Source of the DNA: Paramecium tetraurelia
Lineage: Eukaryota
Assembly: GCA_000165425.1 (NCBI GenBank)
Contig: CT868585.1
Span: 248,001 to 312,000 of the forward strand
Length of the DNA: 64,000 bases
Direction of reading: 5' to 3'
Shown here: positions 1-14,406 of the stretch, piece by piece
How the letters are laid out: each line of letters begins with the position of its first letter
Numbering within the stretch: position 1 is the stretch's first letter
The notes under the pieces: model-generated
Told to the model about the DNA's origin: nothing
The model's input: only the letters and a program-made list of their open reading frames with translations
The model's database searches: none
Translations under genes and position numbers: made by a program

Positions 1-239
1 TTTTCGAATTAAAGTAATATTAAATCCATGTTCTTATCTTGAGTCGATTCCAAATACATGATCATTATTGTAATATTTCTTTTTGTATAATTACCAAATT
101 TAGAGTAATAATAAATTAAGAATTAGCTTCTAAGTGAGTTCCTCTATAATTAAATGGTCTAATATTGACCAACACCTTTATATTTCGATCGCAAATTAAT
201 GTAATTTAAAATATTTTAACGAATTAATTTAAACAAATT

Positions 240-2305
240 ATGTCATAATAATAATACGAAGGATTGATAGAGGAGAACACTTAACTTAAGAAAGCCATAA
301 TTTCTTCTAAGGCTGTGATAGGCAGAAAGATTAGTAATTTACATTTTTTATAATAAAAGATGAATATGAGACTCTTCAAGCAATCAATGAGGAGTTGAAA
401 TAGAATCTTGATAAAATGAGAATGGAGAATTAGGATTTATTATAGAAGTATAGAATAGCTCTGCATGACAGAAAATAAACAGAATAGCAATTTGATAATG
501 CAACTAAGAATTGGAAACTATTAATTGAATAAAAACAAAGAGAAATCGAAGAAATCTAAAGCAGATTGACCCCTGCGTTTGATTAAGATATGATGAGAAT
601 TAAATTGTTGAATGAATTAGATTTACCACATAGATAATAATTGGAATAAAAGTAATTAGAGATTGAAAAGTTGAATGAAACTATTTATTAATTAAAAAGA
701 AAGATTGATTTGGAAATATCAAGAGTAGAGACTATATAAATAGATAAAGATAAAGAAATGAAATTGCTTTAAGAAAAACATAAGTTAGATTTAGCAGATC
801 TCTAACATTAAATCTCTGATTTAACAAAATAAGTAGAAGATAACAAGGACAGAGACACAATCAGAAAATTAAGAAAAGATTTGGAAGAATACAAATTAAA
901 ATTCTGTGCTACTGATACTGAAAATGAAGAATTAAGAAATGAAAGAGATAAAATTAGAGAGGAGAAGAATGATATCATGATTAAATTTGCCAGATAGCTT
1001 GATTCGGAGAGGAATGATAAAAGACAATTTAAAAGTGATTTTGATAAATTATAAGTGAGAACTAGATTCTTAGAGGATGAATTTAGAAAAGAAAAATAAA
1101 GAAGAGAATAAGTTGCAACTGATTTTGAAATTTTAAAAACTGAAAAAGATTAGTTGTTAACTGATTTAAGAAAAAAAGATGATACAATTCATTATCTATA
1201 AAGAAAAATTACTGATATGGAAGAGGAGTAATTGGAGTAAGAATAGAAGGTGTAAGATAAGTTAACACGTTTGTATTAGGATGAACATGATAAGTATTTA
1301 CAAGAGAGAAATAAGGCAGTTACACTTTAAAAGGATGTTGATAACTTAAAAAAAAGATTTAGTGATCTTTAGGATGATTATAAAGTATTGAGGGATAGAT
1401 ATCAAAAGGAAAACACAGAAAATAAAGATTCAATCAGGGTATAGAATGAAGAAATTGAAAAGTTGAAGAAAACCCTATCACAATAATCAAAAGAAATTGG
1501 AGATTTAGAAAGATCCAATAAAAATAAAGAAGAACAACTTCATGATCTAGAAAATGAAAATGAAACAATCAAAAGAAGAAATCGAGAACTTCAACATAGA
1601 ATCTAATTAATTGAAGTGAATCCTCTTCCAACTCCAGTCTAAACTCAGCCTATAATGAGTTAATCTTAAGTACCTACTCTTAGTTAAGTTCCTTAATTTG
1701 CTTAATAAATTTAAGAACAGTACGATACCACAAAACCGAATAAGCAATAAATTACAGTATAATCAGAAAATGATCCTTAAAATCAACAATAAATGTTAGC
1801 TTAAAAACAATCTCTTTAACAAATTACTGAGGAAAACAGGTCTTTGATTTCTAAGAATAAAAAACTCAATAAAAAGCTTAAACTAGCAAATGAGAAAATT
1901 CTTGAACTCTCTATGAAAAATACTATCTTAGAGAAATAAGTATCAAGATAGCACTCATAAACACCAATATAAGATTTTGATAGATCTAGTTTAGGTGCAC
2001 ATGCTCATTCTTAGTCGCCATTTAGACAGGAGGTCTATTAGTAGTTAGGCAATGAAACAATTGAGTAAAGACCATCTTAACAAGCTGTTCATACTGATAC
2101 AAGATTGGATAGATATGATAAATAAGAGTGCTAAACTCGTTAAGATAGATTTACTTAATAATCATAAGATAAACATCGACCACGGGGTTAATCTGGAATT
2201 GATGCTCGTGGAGTCTAAGGTCATCCAATCGAAATAAGAGATGATGAATTACTGAATAAAGTTATGTTGCTTACTGATGCGTCTGGATAAAACAAACACT
2301 GGTGA
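240..2305 (+). CDS. Long coiled-coil protein, possibly CEP83/CCDC41-like (basal body distal appendage)
   Basis: ATG 240, one small intron near 300-360, open to TGA 2303-2305 with TAA/TAG=Gln. Heptad-rich. Segment KQREIEEIQSRLTPAFDQDMMRIKLLNELDLPHRQQLEQKQLEIEKL resembles CEP83 (from memory). Confidence 0.6.
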
Positions 2306-2383
2306 TTTTTCTTTATTTATATATATTTAAGATATGAATATTCGTTGAATATTGACAATAAATATGTTTTATAATTTATGATT

Positions 2384-4513
2384 TCAGGAATCTTCCCTTT
2401 CCCATTTAGAAACAACTTGCAATAAGTTTTCCATTTTTTATTTTTCATATTCTTCTAAAGGCATGTTCTCAAACTCTTTAGGTACTTTGCCATCAGGGAA
2501 ATTAGATGCCTTAACTCCAGCTAAAATTGTAATTGCATAGTTATACATTTTGTTAAATTAGGACTTAATTTAAGTAATGTAATTCCACCATGAGTATCAC
2601 CTACTAAGATAATTGGATCTCTTTGATTAAATGCAATATTTGTTAGTCTTGGTTATTTAGAGGGTTTTTATTCTGCAAGTTTTCCGATTTTATCAACATT
2701 CAAATCATAAACAAAAATCTTGTCTTGAGTGGCACAAGCAAAAACTAAAAATAGATAATTAATGAATACCTGTAGAACTGTAGGGTGCCCACATGGCATC
2801 GACAACCTACATTCCTTATTCAAAACTCATAATTTAAGTAGAGATTTTAGAATCCCAAATTTTAACTGTCCAATCAGCAGAAGCAGAAATGAAAGTTCTA
2901 GGATGGAAATTGTTCCATTTAACCTTGTATACTGCCAAATTATGACCCTGATTATAGATATTATATAAATACAATGTATGTTTCTTGATATTATCCTGAA
3001 TATGCTCTTGAACATTTATGTATTTTTCCTTCTTCAGTACCAACCAAGAAGATATGAGGTTCGAATTTATTGAAATCAAAACACAAACCACCAAGCTAAA
3101 CCAATCAAAGTACTTTCCTCTTCATTCTTTCCAACCAATCTTAATCTGATGACTTCTTCAGGCTCTAATTTATTTTTCATCAACACCCAATTCATAACTC
3201 TACCATCAGATGAAATTGAATAGAAATTATAATTCTTAGAGATATCTGGATTCCATCTAACTTGCCATACTGGGTCTGTGTGTTTCTAAGTTCTTACTGT
3301 TGATTAATAAATTGGTTTTTTATGTTTGTTTCTGATATCATAAACTAGCACTGTTCCATCATATAATCCTACAGCCAATAATGCTGGACTTTATGGATGG
3401 AAATCTAAGCACATCACACCAGCTTCACATGTAAATGCATATTCTGGATGAGTTGTATTTTTAAGAGAATATAAACAAATCAGACCCATTCTTTATTTTG
3501 AAAATTCGTAACTACCAAAACTTACAGCAAATAGATCCATATATCTTGGATTCCAACACAATGATGTTACATGTTTCTTCTTTTACTTTTCATTTGAAAA
3601 TTTCCAAATTGGCAATAAATGTCTAATTATTTAGCTAAATCTTACCCTTCATTCTTCGATGTCTCAACTACTTCGCCTTGACTCCAATAATATTTGTAAT
3701 CATTGTATTTCTCTTTCTGATCATTATGAACCACTGTTCTTTCCATTATTTTTAAACATCTCTTAAAAGATGGCTTATAAACTGTGTTATCCGAAGTGTG
3801 ATCTTTCTTCTTCTAACTTTCCTCTTTGGCTTTATTTTAAATATAAGCATCGAAAATTTCCCATTAAGTAATTTATCCTTTCAATGTATCACTAGGAGGA
3901 GGCTCTGTTGACACACCTCTTTCTCTGATGACTCTTCCATCAGTTTAGGCTTCTCTCGCATTATAATTAAACTTGTTTCTCATTGTTTATTTAATTGCCT
4001 CCTTGTCCTTTGCTGCCCCAGGATCTTCCATTTCTAAATTCCTTTCTGCCTCTTTTATCAATGCTTATTTTGTTTCCCATAATTCCTCCTATATTCTGGA
4101 TTCATTTGAGTCTTTGTGTATGATTTCTCCATCCATCCTGAAGTGAATTATTAATTATTCAACCAACTCATCAGTTTTATACTATCATTAATGATGGGTA
4201 GTTACTTTTCTTTATAAATAATCATATTGAGTGATATTCTTAGGGGCTTGAGGATTGGTAGGTATCAACATTTTAGATGGCATGTCTTCATTCAGTTCCT
4301 TCTCTGTCAATTAAGGTCTTTCTCTTTCTCTCTATTAATATTTATTTATTTCAAAACTTCATGTTAATATTCTGATTCATCACCATCTGGTTCAGCTTCT
4401 TGTTGATTTAAATTCTGGTTGGCTATTTTAGGTTGTTTTTTCTATCAATTATAATTAATAAATTTACCGGTTATGGTCTCCTGAGGGCTCCTTTTTATTA
4501 TTTTGGGTGGCAT
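2384..4513 (-). CDS. DNAI1: Axonemal outer-arm dynein intermediate chain (IC1/IC78, DNAI1 family), WD40
   Basis: Starts MPPK. Motifs [62 protein letters not shown]. Ends WEREDS-TGA. Several 20-30 nt introns. Confidence 0.9.
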
Positions 4514-4915
4514 TTTTAATTATTAAATAAACTTAATCAAAAATGATTGTATTTATAATATATTCCACTCAATTAATTATCCTCCTCAGAATTGCCATTT
4601 TATGATTGTACACTTGTTCAATCCCAGGAATCTGAATTCCCATAGATTATTTTATCAATATTTCAATGAGAGAAGATGAAAAATACAAGAAAATTAGTAT
4701 TTTAAAAGTATATTTAATTTTTTCAGTTGCTTAAAACTAAAAAAACAGTGAAATTTCAAATATGAATTGAAACTCAAATGAATCTAACTGAAATCGTATC
4801 CAAATATTAAAAATATAATCGATTCATGCTCTCATTCTCGAATAATTTTACATGTATTTTGATGATAATTATAATTATTTAAATCAATAATATTTATATT
4901 AAATTATATTAAAAG

Positions 4916-5825
4916 ATGGCTAGAAATGCAGAAAAGGCTAAGGCAATGCTTTCAAGATGGTACAGATTGAAAAGAGATATACGTAATACTACAGATGGAA
5001 AGTATAAGTCTATTCCAAAAGTGTAAGAATGCGTCAATCTCTAAGAATGTGAATTGGAGAGATAGGAAGTATTAAAGGTGGTTTCAAAATTGGTCTCTGA
5101 TATTTAAAATGCTGGTTTGGGTGAGCATAGAATTAGGGAATTGAATGATGAAATTAATAAAGTCATCTAAGAATTGCGGTAATGGGAAGATAGAATCAAA
5201 GAATTAGGAGGGCCAGATTATAGAAGATTAAGTGCTAAGATATATGATACTCAAGGCATTGAGTTGACAGGAAAAGAAGGATATAGGTATTTTGGAGCTG
5301 CAAAAGATTTACCTGGAGTTCGAGAATTGTTTTTCTCAGAACCACCTTCTGAACCCAAAAAGTCAAGGACGGAGTTGTATAAGGTAATTGTAAATAGATT
5401 ATGTAGAATATCTCATATAACTATTATGGAAGTCAGAATTAAGAGTTGTAAGAGATTTTAGAAGAGGAAAGAGAATTGGAGAGGAAGGCTTAAGAATAGG
5501 AGTTGCAAAGATTCATTGAAGACAACTAAGAGCTGGTTAAAGATTTCAATACAAGGGAAGAGATTTTACAATATATCAAATATGAAGTTGATAAAAGAGA
5601 TGATGTGTTGAAGAGAATGGAAGAAGAGAAATGTAAAATCTTAAATTAAATAATTTAGAATAACACTCTGATTCTGAGGAATATGAATAAGATCAATTAG
5701 AATAAAGAAAGCAAGAGTTGATTAGGCAATATTATGCTCCTGAGAAGATCCATTCTTAATATGTTACTACAGTTGAAAAGGATGCAGATCTTGAATCATT
5801 TATTAGGGGAAATATGGCAAAATGA
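4916..5825 (+). CDS. ISY1: Pre-mRNA splicing factor ISY1
   Basis: MARNAEKAKAMLSRW...IQNAGLGEHRIRELNDEINK...IKELGGPDY...GYRYFGAAKDLPGVRELF. One small intron near 5383-5407. Confidence 0.95.
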
Positions 5826-6294
5826 TATTAGTTGCATTTATCTATGTATATTTTATATTATATATATATTGCATTCTTAAATGGAATATGAATTTAGTTT
5901 ATTTTAATTCTAAAAGTCGCTTTCAAGAACCTATTTAAATTTGATATATCACATTTCAGATATTATATATTAATTGATACTAACAATAGAAAGGATTTTT
6001 TATAAAATTATCAAACATTTATCATATATAAGACAATTCATTACTCTTTAATAAACCAAAAGGATTGAATATAAGAACCTCATTCTTTATCTATTTATAA
6101 TTTGCAAATATATTATTATATTAGAATTGCTGAAATTTAGAATCTTGTAAACTATAATTTTGTAGAACTTAAAGAATCTAATGTTTTAATTGGATGGAGA
6201 GCAATAATGTAAATGAAAACACCTTGCTCCATAATTCAATATGTGGAAGTGTCAGGACTCGTAGATATAACTTAATAAATTATAATAATAATAT

Positions 6295-6717
6295 TCAAAT
6301 CATGCTTACTGCAAAGACACTACAAATACAATGGAGAGTATTTTTTTATTGCTCTTATTTTGCTTATTTATCTTTTGGCCAGGATATGATGATTTATCCA
6401 TCAGCAACAGTATCCCACCATTGTGAAGTTGTAACAAATGCTCCTGCTCCATTTCTTTACATAATCATGCAATGAACTATATATCTTAAACCTGTAAACA
6501 CAATCTTACTTGTATGGTTTTCCCAATTCAATTAATTATTATGTAACTTTTTCGCAAATTGCATTAATCCAACCTTGGACCTAGAGTAATGTCGTGAATT
6601 TACTTTGGATTCATCATATTGAACTTCTTTTAAGACACTTTCAATGGATTCTTAGGTGATACGATCTACTTCTTCTTGTGAATAGGTATTCTCCTCTAAA
6701 TTTTGATTTTCTTCCAT
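6295..6717 (-). CDS. Tctex-1 family dynein light chain
   Basis: MEENQ...ESIESVLKEVQYDESKVQGWINAICEK...LGKPYKYIVHCMIMQRNGAG...WDTVADG...CICSVFAVSMI-TGA. Two tiny introns (e.g. 6581-6603). Confidence 0.92.
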
Positions 6718-6728
6718 TAATTTTATTA

Positions 6729-7577
6729 ATGAAACAATAGCTAAATTACACGCTTTGGATAACTTTCCTGGTTTCAACTGTTTTGATCTACTTATTTTTC
6801 AGTTCAGGGGAATTTAGTTTCATATTAACACTGGCTTGTGGAATTCAATGCTTTGGATTTGGATTAGTATTTGTGACAATTTCAATTACTAAAGAGACAA
6901 GTGGATTAAGTAAATAGACCTTTATTTGTTGTGCTTAAGCATTGTTGGCACGTTTATTCTCAATTCTGACTTTCGAAGTATATTGATTAAGCATAACTTA
7001 GGGTTATTTGCCTTCAGATGCAACAGGGGATTATGTGTATAGATTATTCGAAATTTTGTCGCTCATCTTTTGCATATTGACAGCATTCAGCATAAAAAAT
7101 AACAAATAAGAATTGTTCCAATGGTATTACTTCACTCCAGTGATGTTGGTGACTGCTTATTATGTGCATCCAGGATTGAATTCACATTCATTTTGCGATA
7201 TCTCTTGGGTGTTTGCTTTGTATATGGAATCATTCGCAATATTGCCATAGATACACCTTTTCACGAAGAGAGGTTAGAATTCAACAATAATATAGAGGGA
7301 ATAATTGAATATCACACATCTAATTTTGTAATCACTCAAGCTCTCAACAAAGTAATCTGCGTGATCTTTTGGTTTTATTCTTATGAGGAACTCAATCGAA
7401 GTTCAGATGAGTCAACCATAAGTGTGGCTCCTTAGTTGAGTGGCTATTTTGTGATGGTGGCTCAATTGATTTCAATTGTAATTAAATTAGTAAAAATAGA
7501 TCATAACAGCAGATTTTGTGTATAAATATTTGCAGAGTTGGAAATAGGGTATTCCATTGGTTATGTTGCCTTCATGA
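6729..7577 (+). CDS. ER lumen protein-retaining receptor (ERD2/KDELR-like family)
   Basis: Multi-pass hydrophobic protein with SGLSKQT, GYLPSDATGD, HPGLN, WVFALYMESFAILPQ, ADFVYKYL. Three small introns. Confidence 0.85.
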
Positions 7578-7611
7578 TGTAGAAAATAATAAAAATATTA
7601 TATATATATTA

Positions 7612-9446
7612 TCATTTTGCAAGCATCATATCCTAAAATTATTGTCTTTTATTATTAAATTTATCCTGTCCTATTGATTCCATATCAAACAACTTAGGTT
7701 GTAAACAGGGTTTAGGAATTGCTTATTGAATTTGCTTTTTGACTGTTTGTTTGACTCTTAAAATGGGGGGTTCAGACTATTGTCTGGGTTACATTTTGAC
7801 ATTAGATAGTTTTGTGACTTTGGCACTCACTTACTCATCTTCTCCATGGATATTGATACTTTCAGGTCTTGGGATGTTTTGAAGTTTAGGGAGATTATTA
7901 GCAGGAGTGTTGGGTTTGAATGGAGCTCTGACTACATTATTTTTAACTTATTATTATTATTAAGGAATTTAGGATTCTTTCATATCTTTCTTCTAATTTC
8001 TTTTTATGTCTTAAAAGATACAATAAATTAATACTTGTTCCAGTCCAGCTGTCTTGGAGTGATGAAGCAAACTCTATATATTTGTCATACTTTTGAGAAT
8101 CCTCCAGTGGATATATCTTAACATAATCTCCTAAATGTGCATTCTCATAGTCATTCCTCTGCCTCTCCCATTGTTTCATTTGTGACATCTTCTCCTCCAT
8201 TGTCAACTTCACTTTTTTGCCTGTCAATACTCTCTACTGGAGAGATTCCTTTCTGGAGGCAATTATTTATTCTTTGGCTTTCAGACTGACATTCATTAAT
8301 TTCAATGTATCTCTAATGAGATTTTTCTTAATCAAAGAGTCAAGAGGAGTATCTGTAGTGAAACTAGGAGTATGATTAACTTCCAGTAAGATTGGTTATA
8401 GTTTGTGATTCAAAAAGATATCAAATCCCAAGATTTCAAAACACATGTTATTAGCATAATTATCTGGTTGACATGACCTGTAATGATGACTCAATATTGG
8501 TTGTACAGTACAAAAGGTTTTAATAAATAGCTCATACATCTCTTACCAGAGCTTTTTAATGTCATGTCCTTCTTATTCTAATTTGCTAAATACTGCCTTG
8601 ATGGATCTCTTATGTCCAATATCCATTCTGCTGGCATCCTTATTGAATACAAAATTTGGGTTTTCTTTATTTATAGCATAATTGGTTAGATGCATACACA
8701 TGTCTTCTAGATTTGATGAATTGGGAGGAACATATGGTTCCGTAGCAAATCTGACCAAACCATCTTAGTATACGTATATTCTCATAGGATCAGTTCCAGC
8801 CAACAGGACATAAACTCTCAAATCAAATTTTAATCCTTCGATTAAGAATGGTCTGTGCATGTATCTCTAGGCCACATAGTGATCATTTGGATTGATGTCA
8901 TTGATGTTCCTTGTTAGAAATATGCCTCTTCCTTGGCAACTGGCTTCAGGTTTGACAATGAAGGTTCTGGCTTTTCCTTTTACGAATTGGTTTTTAAAGT
9001 CGCCATATTCGGCTGGCAATAGCCACGTTTATGGAAAGAACTTAAATTCTTCTGAGAATTATTTGCGCATCTTCATTAGATTTCTTCCTAGATGATTCTT
9101 ACGAGCAAGAGAATACATTCCAGGGAAATGATTAATTTTTTGGTATGCTATGAATTATTTATAAAAATACGTTGCATTTTTCCAAGAGTCTCAGGTTGAA
9201 CGGCTGCATCTGTCCAAAACATATCCCAATTGGTAGCATCAGGCTCATATTGTAAAATCCACTTAAATAACTTTTTACCAACAAACTTCACAACATCATA
9301 TTGAGTATCTAAAATAAGATAGACGACTTCTCACCTGACACATTCATTATCAAGGTTGTCTTCTTCTTGGAATTGTCTTCAGTCTCGCTTCCGCTATCTT
9401 CAAATTCTCCATTGAAGTGTGGTTCCTTTGCTAATTATTATTTCAT
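7612..9446 (-). CDS. Tubulin polyglutamylase, TTLL6-like
   Basis: [86 protein letters not shown]. Confidence 0.93.
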
Positions 9447-9459
9447 ATTATTAATATAA

Positions 9460-10221
<762 letters not shown>

Positions 10222-10247
10222 ATCTAATTTAAATTATGTCATTTCTC

Positions 10248-11554
10248 TCATTTTAAACGATTACATGCATCTTAAATAGTCTCTGTAGTCTTGCAAAATG
10301 CCCATCTCACAAACCTTGAACCCAACTCTTTATTTTTTAAATATGGAGAACAAGGAATACATACACCACTCCACCTTAATTGGCTATATAATAAGCAAAA
10401 GCAAAATCTTTAGTAAGTTGATGACCATTTTAATCATCTTTGAAATATTTCTCAGGTATATCTACATCACTGACATCAATAACAAAAAGTATCCTCCTTG
10501 TGGAACCCAAGAATGCAGTTTGAATCTGCTCTCAAGTAAACCATTTATTAACATAGTTGATTATTCTTCATACAAATTTTTGTAAAGTATTAACCATCAA
10601 ATAGTTTATTCTAAGCATTTCGCTGTGGCAGTTTATAAGACAGGATTCGAACAAAAGTTATGATACTTTTAAGCGGAATTTATTTCTTTTTTATATATTT
10701 TTCATCTCCAATTGCAAATCCAATTCTTAATCCTGTAGCTGAAAACATTCATTCTACCTGCACTTGTTACACATGCTGTCTTATATTTTAATTTTGGATG
10801 AATAATACATCTAGGATAAGAAATGGCTAATAACCGCCAAACATGATGATATGCAGCATCTTCACACACTATTACTTATGAATGTTTATCTAATATTTCT
10901 TCTAATCTGTTTAATCTTAAACTGAAAAAGCTCTAACAAAATTACATTTATAAATTACTTTCCAATTGGATTTTATGGCGAATTCAAAATTATAATTTTT
11001 GTCTTTGCATTTAATCTCGACTCAAGATAATCAAATGCCATTCGTCCTCTTTGGAAAATTTAAATTTGCCATTCTCAAATCTGCTCAATAAACTAGGCTT
11101 GCTATTTTATTGACTAGATTTTAATGGAACTCAAACCTTACAATTCAATTAAGGGACGATAGAAATCTTTTGATATCTCTACTATTAATACCAAAAGCAC
11201 GGTCAAAATATATGACTTCATCGTTTGGATTAAGCTAAGCCTGGAAAACACATGCTAAAACTGGTTCTGCCCCAGAACTTGCAACTATCTCTTTGCAGTA
11301 TCCACTTTAATTCCCATATGCTTTTCATAAAAGTCAGAAGCTGCTTTCAATAACCTTAGATGACCAGCAGTTTATGTATATTGTAAACTCTCTGTCAATG
11401 CTTCTACTTTAATGGCCTATCTTAAAAATTAAGGTGGTCGAAAATTTGGAAAACCTTGTTCCATATTAGCACAGGTATCCAATTATGTAAATTTAGCATA
11501 CATCTACAATTAAAGATAAGGTACCATTGGATTAGCAATTGTATTATCTTACAT
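10248..11554 (-). pseudogene. Kynurenine/glutamine transaminase-like class I aminotransferase, frameshifted pseudogene
   Basis: QGFPNFRPP, LNSPQNPIGK, EDAAY, PQGGYF, VRWAFCK motifs lie in different frames. Breaks at ~11290, ~11130, ~11035, ~10750 (AATG duplication) and ~10485. The PLP lysine motif SAGK reads SAGR. Confidence 0.8.
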
Positions 11555-11775
11555 TCTTAAATTATATATATATAGATAATAACATAATAATAATTTGATT
11601 TTAAATACTTCTATGTTTCTATATTGTATTCCTAATGCACTAATTAATGTCGCTATCAATAAGCAATCTATATATGAGTGGAAATGAGAATAGGAATTAT
11701 TTAAGAATTTACTTTAAGAATATAAATATTTTATTTATTTTAAATAATAATTAAATTTGCTTTATATCAGATTAC

Positions 11776-12356
11776 TCATTGCAATTCACCACAATCATAT
11801 ATAACAACTTTCTTTGATGGTCTACCTTATTGAGTTCCACAAAATTCTATTTCATTCAACACTTCTAATCCAGATGCCACCTTTCCAAATACAGTGTGTT
11901 TTCCATTCAACCAAGGGCATGGGACAGTTGTGATAAAAAATTAGGATCCATTTGTATTTGGTCCGGCATTGGCCATTGATAAGAGTCCTGGTGTAGTATG
12001 TTTTAATGTGAAATTTTCATCGGGGAATGTCCTTCCATAAATTGATTCTCCACCTGTGCCATTATGATTTGTAAAATCTCCTCCTTGGACCATAAATGAT
12101 GGAATAATTCTATGGAATGATGAACCCTTATAATGAAGTGTTTTTCCAGATATCTTAGACACAGTGTCACCAATACATAATTTTCTGAAATTTTCTGCAG
12201 TTTTAGGTGTGGCATCTGCAAATAACTAATTGTAAATATTCAATTTACTTCAAAGACAATTCTACCACTTGGGGCATTGTTAATGGAGATATCAAAGAAA
12301 ACCTTTGGATTTTTAGTTGTGGCAGAAAATGAAAATCTGAATAATTTAGTAAACAT
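11776..12356 (-). CDS. Cyclophilin-type peptidyl-prolyl isomerase with probable mitochondrial presequence
   Basis: [23 protein letters not shown]...[11 protein letters not shown]...[20 protein letters not shown]...[16 protein letters not shown]...[10 protein letters not shown]. One small intron. Confidence 0.95.
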
Positions 12357-12579
12357 TTTTATTATTATAACAATTAATTTAGGATGTTTGTAAAATTATT
12401 TTGCTCGTTAATGTGTATAGATGTATAATATTTGATTTAGAATAACTACTATGATAGTCTCTTGGAAATTGAAGGAAATATTAAATTATAGTTAAAATAA
12501 GTAGATTAGTGATTTTAATATTCAAAGCATTGTATATTAATGTTTATAATTTATTTATTTAAATTAAATTTATATATAT

Positions 12580-13705
12580 ATGGAATCTTGTTAAAATGGA
12601 AAACATCTTGGACAGTTGCTTTTTGGATATTGCTCAAATATATAATGCATTAGTAATTTAAAAACATTTTGTGATATTTGCAAATACCATCATGATGAAC
12701 ATTATTAAGATTTACAATAATTGGATTCTCTAGACAATATCAAACTTAAGAATAATGAATAGATGAATTAAATGGGTAATTTTATAGAAAATCAACAAAA
12801 ATTTTATTTGGAATTTTTAGCAACCTTTAAAGAAATGGACTTAAGAAACTTGAAAATTGATTATTAAAATAATAATGATTTAATTGATTAGTTGAAATAA
12901 ATTGTAAAAATAGAAAGTGTATTAAATACTGCTTTGCCTATATGTCAAAATGTACAATAGTCGTGTACTTTAATCATGTAAGAACTTAATAAATTGAAAA
13001 GTATTTTTTTTAATTATCATAATTTAAGAAAATAAAGAATAAGAAATTTAGGAAAAGCCAAAATAAGGGAAGAAATAAAAATTAATTTAAAAACAAGGGA
13101 TGAAATAGAAATAGTTGAGTTAAAAATAGGTTATTTCAGAAATAAAATAATGGCAAGACTTCAAACTTCATTTCTCATAAAAATTTAAATACAAATGGAT
13201 TAAAATTTTGAATAATGGATAGATGGCGAAAAATGAAGACGATAGAGGTATGGTCATATGTGAGCCTATGTTGCCTAAGAAAGGATAATATCGATTTGCA
13301 TTTGGTATCAATGAAAATTCTTATCTGATTTGGATTGGAATTTGTCATAAAGAGTTTCTTATGCAAAATGACTTTAAAACATATTTTGATGAAAAGCCCA
13401 TTTGTAATAATGGGTAGTAATTATATTAAAATTTAGGGTTTATTTAGTAAATAATTATGGAGTAGCTTATTCACATCTCCCTACAGATAATACAGAGTCC
13501 TTCATTTTTTCTCCAGATGATCTAATAATTGTATATGTAGATATGGACAAGGGAAATATTACTTGGAAAAGTAAAGTATCAAATAATAAATATGTATCAC
13601 AAAGAATTCATTATTTAGTCAATGAAATTTGATGCAACATAAGATGTCCATGCTTGCGCAGGAATAACTTCATTTTCACCTGTATTCTTAGTCGAGAAGT
13701 TTTGA
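12580..13705 (+). CDS. Ciliate family protein: N-terminal Cys/His cluster, coiled coil, C-terminal SPRY/B30.2-like beta domain
   Basis: MESCQNGKH...CSNIQC...FCDICKYHHDEH. C-terminal WIGICHK and SFIFSPDDLIIVYVDMDKGNITWK. Several introns; exact structure uncertain. Confidence 0.6.
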
Positions 13706-14406
13706 AAGGAAAATTATTGATTATTTATTAAATCCTTTCTTTCATTATCTATCCTTATTGCTAAACATATAGGAATAATTATATTGCTTATTTATAAATA
13801 GATATATATATATTAGAAGTATTAATAAATTATGCGTTCTCTAAAGAAGTATCTAAAGATAAATAACTAATATTGAATTAGATAAAGAATGAGCAAAAAG
13901 AGATCATAAAAATTGTAAAAAATAAATAGTTTGAATGTGAAGAAGGATCAAAAATACCTTTGAGTCTGCTATCTAATCATCAGATTATAATTTGGTAAAG
14001 ATTGAAATGATTGAATATATCTTTTTAATTATCTGAAATCATTAATATTAATTTAGTTGTTTATAGCAAAATAAAATTGAAGATAGTTAAAATATTAGAC
14101 ATTTCATTAATCCATCGGGCACAATGAAAATTTCTATTAGATTTAAAAAATCAACAAAAAAGGCTTATTGAGCTTTTTAAAAATAAAAGTAAAATTCAAA
14201 TGTTAGCACTAAATTTAGAAGTTGACTATAATATTACTATCGATTGAGTTATATAAAAATTAAAAAAACAAATTTATTGAAATTAGTATTATTCCCATGA
14301 ATTAGAAACTGTTTTTCGAGTGTTATTAAAATAATTGAACATTTAGTTGGTAATGAAAATATATTATTGATTTCAATGAAAAATAGTGAGTTAATTATTT
14401 TATAAA

